The notes under the pieces are model-generated. The model did not search any database. It saw only the letters and a program-made list of their open reading frames with translations, and was not told the origin of the DNA. This document shows, piece after piece, positions 16,911 to 26,134 of a DNA stretch of 28,514 bases. Source of the stretch: a bacterium (GTDB lineage: Bacteria; SZUA-182; DTGQ01); contig JBFMGO010000081.1 of the NCBI GenBank assembly GCA_040752695.1, positions 1 to 28,514 on the forward strand. Direction: 5' to 3'. How positions within the stretch are numbered: position 1 is the first letter of the stretch; the number at the start of each line of letters is the position of its first letter. A program made the position numbers and the translations under genes.

Positions 16911-17840
16911 TTGACGGAAAAAGGAAGGTTATCGGTTATCGGCCTCGGGCCGGGGAAGAGAGAGTATTTCACCCTTCGGGGCCTTCAGGCGCTGGAAGAG
17001 TCAGAGGTTATTATCGGGTATGAGCGGTATACCCGGCTGGTCAGGGATTTTTGGCCGGGAAGGAAGGTGCTGTCTTCAGGGATGAGAAAGGAGCTTGCAC
17101 GGTGCAGGGAAGCGCTATCGCTGGCCAGGGAAGGAAAGCGTGTGGCTCTTATCTGTGGCGGTGATCCAGGGATTTATGGCCTGGCTGGTCCTGCCCTGGA
17201 GCTTTTGCTCAGAGAAAAGGAGCATGAAGAAAACCCGACCGGGACAAAGACAGAGACCAGGACCGGGACGAATACCGGGACGAAGACGGAAACCGGGACC
17301 GGGACGACGAGCCGGATTGACACAGAGACCGAGGCAGGGATTAAGGCTGGGACCGACACCGGGAGCGAGACCGGCACGGAGACCGGAACCGAAATCGAGA
17401 TCGAGATTGTTCCCGGCCTGTCAGCGGTGAGTGCGGCAGCATCTATACTCGGAGCACCGCTTATGAATGACATGGCCATAATCAGCCTCAGTGATCTCTT
17501 AACTCCCTGGCCAGTGATTGAAAAGCGTCTTAAGGCTGCGGCTGAGGCAGATTTTGTTACCGCCCTGTATAATCCCAAAAGTATAAAACGCACCTCTCAG
17601 ATTTTAGAAACCCAGGCTATTTTCCTGCAATTTCGGTCCCCCGATACCCCGGTAGGAGTGGTCCACAATGCGCTCCGGGATGAAGAAGAGAGAAAAATCA
17701 TAACCACTCTGCAAGAGTTTACCAAAGAGGAGATCACCATGCTCTCTCTGGTAATTATCGGGAATTCTCAAACCCGCACCATCAGAGGAAAAATAATCAC
17801 TCCCAGGGGATACGAAAGGGTCTATGATCTTGGGAAATGA
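16911..17840 (+). CDS. cbiH: Cobalt-precorrin-3 C17-methyltransferase with Thr/Gly-rich insertion
   Basis: VIGLGPG, GGDPGIYGLA, IVPG.SA..AAASILGAPLMND, ISLSDLLTPW, LYNPKS, ITPRGY. In-frame TTG 16911 follows AGGAAAG. Confidence 0.93.
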   Translation: MTEKGRLSVIGLGPGKREYFTLRGLQALEESEVIIGYERYTRLVRDFWPGRKVLSSGMRKELARCREALSLAREGKRVALICGGDPGIYGLAGPALELLLREKEHEENPTGTKTETRTGTNTGTKTETGTGTTSRIDTETEAGIKAGTDTGSETGTETGTEIEIEIVPGLSAVSAAASILGAPLMNDMAIISLSDLLTPWPVIEKRLKAAAEADFVTALYNPKSIKRTSQILETQAIFLQFRSPDTPVGVVHNALRDEEERKIITTLQEFTKEEITMLSLVIIGNSQTRTIRGKIITPRGYERVYDLGK

Positions 17841-19429
17841 TCAGAGTGAATGGGAAGACTATCGGAATGAATGGGAAAACCGTCGGAATAACAGGGGAGA
17901 AATCCCTCAATAAAAAGGTAATAATAACCGATAACAAGGTGAAGATCCCCCGAATCATGGTGGCGGGTGCGCAGAGCGGCTCAGGCAAGACGACCCTGAC
18001 TATCGGGCTGCTCCATCTTTTAAAAAATCAGGGCCTCGAGGTGTCGCCCTTTAAGGTAGGCCCCGATTTCATCGATCCGGGCCACCACAGCCACATCAGC
18101 GGTCTGGCCTCACGAAATCTCGATGGCTGGATGCTTTCCAAGGGATATAATCTTTCGACCTTTATCCAGCATGCAATGGGCAAAGACCTGGCCCTGATTG
18201 AAGGAGTCATGGGCCTTTTTGACGGGCTCAGCGGCCTTCGTGAGGATGGGAGCTCGGCTCAGATGGCCAAGTGGCTCACCTGCCCGGTAATACTGGTCAT
18301 TGACTGCCGCAGTATGGCCCGCAGTGTAGCTGCGCTGATTCAAGGATATGAGCACTTTGACCGCTGCGTGTCTCTGGCGGGGGTCATCTTTAACCGGGTA
18401 GGCAGCCAGAGACATTTTGCTTACCTGAAAGAGGCTGTAGAAGCCTACTGCCACGCCGAGGTACTGGGCTCCTTTCCCCGCGATGAGTCGCTGGTTATCC
18501 CTGAGCGGCATCTCGGGCTGGTCACAGCAGAAGAAGAACCCATACCGGAATCTTTCTTGAACCTGATTGCCTCCGTGTTAGAAGAGAGGGTAAATATCGA
18601 GCGGATACTCGCCATTGCCCGGAGCGCTCAGGATATGGCCCCATCATCATCTTCTTCTCTCCTTCTTAATCCTCCCGCGGAAGAATTTCAGGTTCTTCCC
18701 TTATTCTCATCATCATCTTCTTCTTCATTCTCCTCCTCCTCCTCATTCTCATCATCACCTTCATCATTCTCCCCCTCCCCCTCACCTTCCTCCCCCCTGA
18801 AAGGGATGATAAGAAGAGTGGCCGTGGCCAGAGACGAGGCATTTTGCTTTTATTATCAGGACAATTTGGACCTTTTCAGACAGGCCGGAGCGGAATTGCT
18901 CTTTTTCAGTCCCCTGCGGGACCAGTCGATTCCAGATTTCTGCGAGGCCCTCTACCTTGGCGGGGGATATCCTGAGCTGTATGGACAGCAGCTTTCTCAA
19001 AATATCAGCATGCTTGACTCCATTCGAAAATTCATTGAGGAGGAAGGACATGTTTTGGCCGAGTGCGGCGGGTTTGTCTATCTTACCGGAGGCATAACGA
19101 CCTTTGATCAACAGTTTTTTCCCCTTGCCGGCATCTTTCCTGTCACCTCGCGGATGGAAAAGAGGGTTCACCTTGGCTATCGTGAGATTCACATCAGTGA
19201 GGATTGCCCGCTTGGCCCTGCGGGCAGCAGGCTTCGGGGGCATGAATTTCACTATTCGACCGTGCAAAAGATGCCTGATACCATATCAAGGGCTTATGAG
19301 GGCTTTGATTCGAATGGCAGGGAGAGGAAGGTTGAGGGATTTCGATATAAAAATTGTCTGGCTGGCTATCCACACATTCATTTCGGCTCACGTCCTGAGA
19401 GTGTTTACTCTTTTTTACAAAGGGCTTAG
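17837..19429 (+). CDS. cbiA: Cobyrinate a,c-diamide synthase
   Basis: SGSGKTT, FKVGPDFIDP, IEGVMGLFDG, ERHLGL, AVARDEAFCFYY, GGGYPE, AECGG, GHEFHYS. Confidence 0.95.
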   Translation: MIRVNGKTIGMNGKTVGITGEKSLNKKVIITDNKVKIPRIMVAGAQSGSGKTTLTIGLLHLLKNQGLEVSPFKVGPDFIDPGHHSHISGLASRNLDGWMLSKGYNLSTFIQHAMGKDLALIEGVMGLFDGLSGLREDGSSAQMAKWLTCPVILVIDCRSMARSVAALIQGYEHFDRCVSLAGVIFNRVGSQRHFAYLKEAVEAYCHAEVLGSFPRDESLVIPERHLGLVTAEEEPIPESFLNLIASVLEERVNIERILAIARSAQDMAPSSSSSLLLNPPAEEFQVLPLFSSSSSSSFSSSSSFSSSPSSFSPSPSPSSPLKGMIRRVAVARDEAFCFYYQDNLDLFRQAGAELLFFSPLRDQSIPDFCEALYLGGGYPELYGQQLSQNISMLDSIRKFIEEEGHVLAECGGFVYLTGGITTFDQQFFPLAGIFPVTSRMEKRVHLGYREIHISEDCPLGPAGSRLRGHEFHYSTVQKMPDTISRAYEGFDSNGRERKVEGFRYKNCLAGYPHIHFGSRPESVYSFLQRA

Positions 19430-19472
19430 CGTTTTGCTCTTTTTTACACAACTTTCTTAAGGATGTTCTCGC

Positions 19473-20999
19473 ATGGAAAAACCATTCTTAAAAAAAGCAT
19501 TAAAAATCATGTTCCTCGGCACAGGATCGGACGTAGGAAAAAGCATGACCGCGACAGCCTTTTGCCGTATATTCAAAAACAGGGGCTACCGGGTGGCGCC
19601 TTTTAAGGCGCAGAATATGTCCAATAATTCTTTCGTTACTCTTGAAGGAGGAGAGATCGGCCGGGCTCAGGCAGCACAGGCAGAGGCAGCCGGGCTGGCT
19701 CCTTCTATCCATATGAACCCGGTGCTCCTCAAACCGACCGGTCAGATCGGCTCACAGGTGATACTCCAGGGCACGGTCTATGGCAACATGACAGCCAGGG
19801 AATATTATGCCTTTAAACCTGCGGTGAAAGAACTGGTCATGGAGAGTTTTCACAGGCTGGCTCAGGAAAATGAGATTATTGTCATGGAAGGCGCCGGTTC
19901 ATGCTGCGAGGTTAACCTGCGGGCTCATGATATTGTTAATTTCGAGATGGCCCTTTCCGTGGGGGCACCGGTCATCATCGTGGCAGATATTGACCGGGGC
20001 GGGGTCTTTGCTCAGATTATCGGCTCTCTTGAGGTTATTTCGGACAGGGAAAGGGATCTTGTTCAGGGTTTTATAATCAATAAGTTTCGCGGCGATCCTG
20101 ACCTTTTCAGGGAAGGGGTTGATTATCTAGAGCAGCGGACAGGGAAACCGGTTTTGGGCCTGGTTCCTTACTTTTCCGAAGTTACGATCGAGAGAGAAGA
20201 CAGCATGGCCCTTGAAGCACAGGCCCGCAAAAGAGCAACGGAAGACCATAAAGTCAATATCGCTGTCATACGTCTGCCCCACATCTCTAACTTCACCGAT
20301 CTGGAGGTTCTGGAACGGGAGCCGGAGACCGTTCTCAATTGGTTGTATACGCCGATCGAGCTTTTTGCCTATGATCTTTTGATTCTTCCAGGGAGCAAGA
20401 ACAGCCTGCATGACTTGCTCTGGCTGCAAAGATCGGGATGGGCGGAAAAGATCCGGAAATTTGCCGGTACCGGCAGATGGGTTATCGGGTTGTGCGGAGG
20501 CTTTCAGATGCTGGGAAGAGAAATTACCGATCCTGACAGTCACGAGGGAAGTCTGAAGCAGGTCGAAGGGCTCGGGCTGCTCGATGTCAGCACCGAAATC
20601 CAACCCATAAAGGTCGTAAGATGCACCGGGGGAAGAGATCGTCTCTTTGGGGAACAGGTTACCGGCTACGAAATACATATGGGAGAAAGCCACCTTTTTG
20701 GCAACACTCAGCCTTTTTTAACGTTAACGGAGGAAGGCCGCTTTGATGGGGCGATGAGTGAGCAGGGCACGGTCATGGGAACTTATCTCCACGGCTTGTT
20801 TGATGCAAAAGGCTTTCGAAGGCACCTCCTGAGCCGGATCGCTGCCCAAAAAGGCATACCTTTTGAGCTTTCCGCAGGGCAGTGCAATTTCTGGGAAGAA
20901 AAGGAAAAACAGTACGAGCTTGTGGCGGCCCATTTCCTGCGCTATACGAACACAGAGCGGATTACCCGGATCATGGAGGAGTATTCCGGGGATAAATAA
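19473..20999 (+). CDS. cbiP: Cobyric acid synthase
   Basis: GTGSDVGKS, PFKAQNMSNN, MNPVLLKP, DIDRGG, INKFRGD, ISNFTD, LPGSK, CGGFQMLG, GYEIH, GTYLHGLF. Confidence 0.96.
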   Translation: MEKPFLKKALKIMFLGTGSDVGKSMTATAFCRIFKNRGYRVAPFKAQNMSNNSFVTLEGGEIGRAQAAQAEAAGLAPSIHMNPVLLKPTGQIGSQVILQGTVYGNMTAREYYAFKPAVKELVMESFHRLAQENEIIVMEGAGSCCEVNLRAHDIVNFEMALSVGAPVIIVADIDRGGVFAQIIGSLEVISDRERDLVQGFIINKFRGDPDLFREGVDYLEQRTGKPVLGLVPYFSEVTIEREDSMALEAQARKRATEDHKVNIAVIRLPHISNFTDLEVLEREPETVLNWLYTPIELFAYDLLILPGSKNSLHDLLWLQRSGWAEKIRKFAGTGRWVIGLCGGFQMLGREITDPDSHEGSLKQVEGLGLLDVSTEIQPIKVVRCTGGRDRLFGEQVTGYEIHMGESHLFGNTQPFLTLTEEGRFDGAMSEQGTVMGTYLHGLFDAKGFRRHLLSRIAAQKGIPFELSAGQCNFWEEKEKQYELVAAHFLRYTNTERITRIMEEYSGDK

Positions 21000-21039
21000 G
21001 AGCTTCGGTCAGCTCAATTCGTTTGTTCGGCTCGTTTGT

Positions 21040-21633
21040 TCAGTCTTTTTCTTCTTCAAATACCCATTCTTGCAATGAATAATCGGGCTGATTTTCTCCT
21101 ATCTCTGCTGATTCAGATACTTTATATGATTTATGCTTTTGTTTTTTTAAAACCCTTCTCTGTCCGGAATCCGATTCAAGGAATATCTCATCATGGAGGA
21201 TCTGAAAATGGCCCAATTCTCCAAGACTTATGATACCCAATTCTCCAGGATTCCTCTTCCAGTTTTTCTTCAGTTTGTATGAGCCTGTTCTATGCAAGGA
21301 AAGAATGGCTGTTTGTTTATCATAATTGCCAATCAAGAGCATAACTTTGTTCAAAGAAGACGTTCTCCAATAATCCCTGAATAACTTCGGTGTTATCAAA
21401 AGAAAAGCTATGGTTCCGATGTCACACAGCCAGGGAACGATAAACAGCCAAAATGCCTTCCCGGATAATAACATCCAAATATTAATAGAGAGCGGGCCAA
21501 TAATGGGGATAAAAACCGGGGAACTGCGCTTTTTACGAATGATCCATGTGATGCCGCTCAGGATACCGGTAAGAAGGCTGAGTGAAGGGAATATAAATCC
21601 AAAAATCAAGAAACCATCAAATAATGTATTCAT
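21040..21633 (-). CDS. Hypothetical membrane protein (about three N-terminal TM segments, soluble C-terminal domain)
   Basis: 197-aa ORF with hydrophobic N-half; fills the gap between cbiP and arsM; no recognisable family motif. Confidence 0.7.
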   Translation of the reverse strand: MNTLFDGFLIFGFIFPSLSLLTGILSGITWIIRKKRSSPVFIPIIGPLSINIWMLLSGKAFWLFIVPWLCDIGTIAFLLITPKLFRDYWRTSSLNKVMLLIGNYDKQTAILSLHRTGSYKLKKNWKRNPGELGIISLGELGHFQILHDEIFLESDSGQRRVLKKQKHKSYKVSESAEIGENQPDYSLQEWVFEEEKD

Positions 21634-21745
21634 ATCCTGTGACCATGATTCCGCACCCTGTTTATCAAATTATAAGCATTAACATAATCTGGTGAACCTT
21701 GCACTTTGGCATGATCTATTTTTGGGGTAAGCAGTATAATCCCGC

Positions 21746-22582
21746 TCAGATTTTGTTTGGTTTGACGCCGTATACTTTTATGCTCCTGACCATATTTGCA
21801 ATATCTTTTATTCTCTCAGGTGTTATTTGTGAGTTATTTATGATTGCTTTTACAGTAGAGTCATTAACCATGCAATCTATAGAAAAGGATGTTTCATCGA
21901 TTATCTTTACTTCCTGAAATCCTGCCCTTTTTATGGTCTCAATATACTCATCTCTGAGTATTGCCCCGGAGAGACAGCCAATATAGGCTTCAATAGAATT
22001 TTTTATAACATCCGGAAGCTCTCCCAGTAAGACTATATCCGAGACCATCAGCCTGCCACCTGGTTTTAACACTCTGAAGGCTTCCATAAAGACCTTGCTT
22101 TTATTAAGGGAAAGGTTGATAACGCAATTTGAAATCACTGCATCAACTGAGTTATCAACAACCGGTAGATTTTCAATCTCTCCAGGTCTGAACTCCACGT
22201 TTCCATAATTACCTATTCGGGCGTTTTCTCTAGCCTTTTCAATCATCTCTGGTGTCATATCTACGCCGATCACTTTTCCCTTCTTGCCGACCTTGTCCGC
22301 AGCAAGAAAACAATCGAATCCGGCCCCTGAGCCAAGATCAAGGACAACTTCCCCCTCTTGTAAGGAGGCAAGAGCAATGGGATTTCCGCACCCAAGACCT
22401 AAATTCGCACCCTCCGGAACTCCTTTTAAATCTTCTTCGCTATATCCGATCTTTTTACTAATACTATGTGCAAAATCAACACTTCCACAACAATGATCTT
22501 TAGGGATACAGCATGAGTCAGCTTGTTTAGCTATTTTACCGTAACCTTCTCTCAAGGCTTCCTTCACTTTATTGTCTTCCAT
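21746..22582 (-). CDS. arsM: Arsenite S-adenosylmethionine methyltransferase
   Basis: N-terminal CC..CC, NLGLGCGNP, VLDLGSGAGFD, GVDMTPEM, ISNCVINL, GCLSGA. GGAGG RBS at 22591-22595 supports ATG 22582. Confidence 0.9.
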   Translation of the reverse strand: MEDNKVKEALREGYGKIAKQADSCCIPKDHCCGSVDFAHSISKKIGYSEEDLKGVPEGANLGLGCGNPIALASLQEGEVVLDLGSGAGFDCFLAADKVGKKGKVIGVDMTPEMIEKARENARIGNYGNVEFRPGEIENLPVVDNSVDAVISNCVINLSLNKSKVFMEAFRVLKPGGRLMVSDIVLLGELPDVIKNSIEAYIGCLSGAILRDEYIETIKRAGFQEVKIIDETSFSIDCMVNDSTVKAIINNSQITPERIKDIANMVRSIKVYGVKPNKI

Positions 22583-22619
22583 TTTAATTACCTCCATAAG
22601 TATTCATAATTATTTACTC

Positions 22620-22628
22620 ATTGTACCA
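22620..22628 (-). promoter_or_regulatory. Possible extended -10 promoter of arsM
   Basis: Minus strand reads TGgTACAAT about 40 nt upstream of the start; no good -35. Confidence 0.4.
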
Positions 22629-22919
22629 TAAAATTCGGATACTCACCCAATGTATTTTTGAAGAGCCTGTCTATTTCTGGTTAATCTCCCGCATCCTGCC
22701 ATCCTGTCCGCCTTTCTAAAAGAACCAATGTCGGGATTTAGACAATCAAGAGAGTTCTGATCCCTTAATTTCAGTCAGGAACCTGATTCAGGAAAGATAT
22801 CGATAAGCAGATAATTGAGAAAATTTTAGCCCGATGTGATACTATTAGATCTGTTTTTGGATGGCCTCATAAGAGGCGGGGCTTGTCAGGCTTTGGAGAT
22901 TTCAATACTATTCAGATAA

Positions 22920-23067
22920 CTATACTTTTGCACTTTTTGTCATTCCCGCGAAAGCGGGAATCCAGAAGCCCTTGAAAAACCTGGATTCCCGCTTTCGCGG
23001 GAATGACGGGTGGTTAGTGCGAAGCTATCAGTATTTCAAGCACTTATTAAAAAATGCAAAAGTATAG
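22920..23067. mobile_element. 148-bp MITE-like element carrying a REP-like doublet
   Basis: TIRs CTATACTTTTGCACTTTTT (22920-22938) and AAAAAATGCAAAAGTATAG (23049-23067), 18/19 match; flanking direct repeat CAGATAA at 22913-22919 and 23068-23074; no ORF inside. Confidence 0.85.
22939..23007. repeat. REP-like palindrome doublet in inverted orientation (REPIN-like)
   Basis: GTCATTCCCGCGAAAGCGGGAATCCAG (22939-22965) and its exact reverse complement (22981-23007), 15-nt spacer. Confidence 0.9.
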
Positions 23068-23097
23068 CAGATAAAACAGATTGGAGGTTTTTTGAGT

Positions 23098-23871
23098 ATG
23101 TCTGACCTTATCGACTATACTATTTACGGCGATGATATGCAGATTGTTGAGATCGAATTAGACCCTGCTGAGGGAGTGAGGGCTGAAGCAGGGGCCATGA
23201 TGTACATGGATGAAGGAATCGAGATGCAAACCTCTACAGGCGGGGGCGTATTCAAAGGACTTAAGCGCATGATCACCGGAGAGAGTTTCTTTATTACGAC
23301 CTTCCTGAACAGCGGGAGAGGCAAAGCGCATGTTGCTTTTGGTGCGCCGTATCCAGGGAAAATAATCCCCCTCGAATTGGACAAACTCGGAGGCACATTC
23401 ATGTGCCAGAAAGATGCTTTCTTATGTTCGGCCCAGGGAATTGAGATTGAGGTGGCGCTTACAAAGAAAATCGGAGCAGGGTTATTCGGTGGAGAAGGGT
23501 TCATCCTGCAGCGGCTCGAGGGGGATGGGATGGCGTTTGCTCATGCAGGAGGAACGATTATCAAAAGAGTGCTCCAGGATGGCGAGGTGCTGCGGGTAGA
23601 TACAGGCTGTCTTGTAGCCTTCTCTCCTTCCGTAGACTATGACATACAGTTTGTCGGGGGATTTAAGAATGCTCTTTTCGGGGGAGAGGGGATATTTTTG
23701 GCCAGGATGACCGGTCCAGGACTTGTTTACCTGCAAAGCCTTCCCTTTTCGCGCCTTGCTGATCGCATTTATGCGGCATCGCGCTTTCAGCAAAAAGGTG
23801 AACAAAAAGGCATCGCCGGTATTGGTGGTGGTCTTTTGGGTGGAATCCTGGGAGGAGATCGGTCTTTTTAG
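23098..23871 (+). CDS. TIGR00266 / AIM24 family protein
   Basis: GDDMQIVEIELDP.E.V.AEAGAM, GESFF.T.F, AFGAPYPGKI, GLFGGEGFILQRL.GDG, VDTGC.VA, QSLPFSRLA; GGAGG at 23083. Confidence 0.9.
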   Translation: MSDLIDYTIYGDDMQIVEIELDPAEGVRAEAGAMMYMDEGIEMQTSTGGGVFKGLKRMITGESFFITTFLNSGRGKAHVAFGAPYPGKIIPLELDKLGGTFMCQKDAFLCSAQGIEIEVALTKKIGAGLFGGEGFILQRLEGDGMAFAHAGGTIIKRVLQDGEVLRVDTGCLVAFSPSVDYDIQFVGGFKNALFGGEGIFLARMTGPGLVYLQSLPFSRLADRIYAASRFQQKGEQKGIAGIGGGLLGGILGGDRSF

Positions 23872-23972
23872 CATCTTTGACGATGAGGAGCAGGAAAATG
23901 GGCTCGTGCAAGGTCCATGATTCTATCATAATTAATAGAGATAATACCATATATTACATAAAAGGTTTAACA

Positions 23973-24380
23973 ATGCAAGTAGTTACAGCCGCTGTTATTG
24001 AAAAGGAGGGGAAGATCCTGGTCGCCAAAAGGAGGAGGGGGGATCATCTGGAAAATAAATGGGAATTTCCCGGAGGCAAATTGGAGCAGGGAGAAACACC
24101 TGAACAATGTTTAAGAAGAGAGCTCTTGGAAGAGTTCGGAATTGAGACGAGAATTGGAGAGTTTATCTGCTCGAGTCAATGTGTGTACAGCCATATCTCC
24201 ATTGAATTATTGGCTTATCGAGCGGAGCATCTCTCAGGGGCGATTACCTTGTACGAGCATGAAGAAATCCGATGGGTGTGGCCGGAAGAACTTGAAGCCT
24301 ATGATTTTGCCAATGCCGATATTCCCATCGTCAAAAAATTGATGCAGGATTATGCGGAGGAAAAAAGATCTGCACCTTGA
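23973..24380 (+). CDS. Nudix hydrolase, MutT/NudG-like NTP pyrophosphohydrolase
   Basis: Nudix box WEFPGGKLEQGETPEQCLRRELLEEFG; C-terminal FANADIPIV. Confidence 0.88.
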   Translation: MQVVTAAVIEKEGKILVAKRRRGDHLENKWEFPGGKLEQGETPEQCLRRELLEEFGIETRIGEFICSSQCVYSHISIELLAYRAEHLSGAITLYEHEEIRWVWPEELEAYDFANADIPIVKKLMQDYAEEKRSAP

Positions 24381-24478
24381 AATGAGCCGTTAAAGAAAAC
24401 AAGCCTGATGATGTTCATAATAAAGTCCATAGTCCTGTAGTATACAAAATAGGTGTAAATAAGCAGGATCTATGATAG

Positions 24479-24907
<429 letters not shown>

Positions 24908-24979
24908 TCTACCCGCAATGGGAAAAAGAGAAGGGAAGGATATTCAGGGTATCACGGTTGTCTGAGAGATGTTTAGATA

Positions 24980-25008
24980 TTTACAGTAAAATTAAAAAAT
25001 GTTAAAAT
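24980..25008 (+). promoter_or_regulatory. Probable sigma70 promoter
   Basis: TTTACA (24980-24985), 17 nt, TAAAAT (25003-25008), with TG in the extended -10 position. Confidence 0.5.
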
Positions 25009-25018
25009 TTATTAATAG

Positions 25019-25777
25019 GTGATTATGCTTCAAAATTCCTTTATCCATATTCCCGGCATTGGAGAAATAACTGAAAGGAGGCTCTGGACAAAAGGTCTCA
25101 TGACCTGGGATGACTTTTTGAATAACCAGGGTGAGAGTGAACTTGGAATCCGGAAAAGGGAGGCAGTTTCAAAATACCTGTTCCTCTCCAAAGAGGCTCT
25201 TTCTTCTCATAATTACTGTTTTTTTGAGGATTGCTTCCCTTCGAAAGAGAAGTGGCGGTTATTCGACGAATTTAAAGGCCATGTGGCCTACCTTGATATT
25301 GAAACGACAGGCTTATCCCCGTGGGAGGGCTATATTACCGTAATAGGCTTATATGACGGAGAAAAAGAAAGAGCCTTTATCATGGGAGATAACCTCGACG
25401 GATTTGCTGATGAAATTGCAGCATACAAGGTGATCGTAACCTTTAACGGAGCGAGATTCGACATACCATTTATCAGACAATCCCTCAACCTCCGGATGGA
25501 TCAGATCCATATTGATCTTATGTACCCTTTAAAACGGCTTGGCTATTCAGGAGGTTTAAAAGCGATCGAGCAGACGCTCGGTATCTTTCGCCCGTCTGAT
25601 ATTGGAAACATAGATGGCTTTGAGGCTGTGAGGCTTTGGTTTGATTACCACAGAAACGGTAATACGAGAGCGCTGGAAAGATTGGTGAAGTATAATCTTG
25701 AGGATACCAGGAATCTAAAAGTTCTCATGGAACTGGTGTACGAGAGGCTCAAAGGGCAAACGTTTTCATTCCAGTAA
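25019..25777 (+). CDS. RNase H-like predicted exonuclease (YprB/RNase_H_2 type) with N-terminal HhH-like motif
   Basis: FIHIPGIG..TE..LW, YLDIETTG, VTFNGARFD.PF, HIDL, GGLKAIE, YNLED (DEDDy-like acidic residues). Confidence 0.85.
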   Translation: MIMLQNSFIHIPGIGEITERRLWTKGLMTWDDFLNNQGESELGIRKREAVSKYLFLSKEALSSHNYCFFEDCFPSKEKWRLFDEFKGHVAYLDIETTGLSPWEGYITVIGLYDGEKERAFIMGDNLDGFADEIAAYKVIVTFNGARFDIPFIRQSLNLRMDQIHIDLMYPLKRLGYSGGLKAIEQTLGIFRPSDIGNIDGFEAVRLWFDYHRNGNTRALERLVKYNLEDTRNLKVLMELVYERLKGQTFSFQ

Positions 25778-25973
25778 TCTCCTCATAATAGCCTCCTCAT
25801 CCAGTATTCTCATCAGAATGAGCAGGGCAGGTAGGGAAGAAGTATGGGCTTAAGTGATAGAAAATATATGCACGAAAAAGGAAAATCCACGAAGGGTTCG
25901 GCAGAAGGAGTTTCCCTCTGGAAGTGGTTGCTCTTTAAAGTCTGGTTACTATTCCACCCCCAACATTGGTAAT

Positions 25974-26085
25974 AATGCCCAGGCAATGCCAAGGCACCCT
26001 AAAGGCAATGCCAATTGGCGAAAACCCTGATTACCATAAATAAGCTTTACACCATACATAAGCTTTACGCCAAAATAAGCCTTAC
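25974..26085 (+). repeat. 11-bp x4 and 18-bp x3 degenerate tandem repeats
   Basis: aatgcccaggc / aatgccaaggc / accctaaaggc / aatgccaattg; accataaataagctttac / accatacataagctttac / gccaaaataagccttac. Confidence 0.8.
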
Positions 26086-26134
26086 TCGAAGGATTACCAT
26101 AAGTTTTGCAGCCAATGAGGAAGGATAGAAGCCA

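Noticed and set aside
17236..17408. CbiH, CbiD and CbiG insertions as inteins or pseudogenisation
   Set aside because: Too short, no intein terminal motifs; frames and catalytic motifs are intact.
19473..22582. Functional coupling of cobalamin synthesis to arsenic or mercury methylation
   Set aside because: ArsM is SAM-dependent, the genes are convergent with no shared regulation visible, and no hgcAB-like genes are present.
25860..25960. Possible structured RNA between the exonuclease and TPR genes
   Set aside because: No recognisable riboswitch or tRNA motif and no convincing stems.
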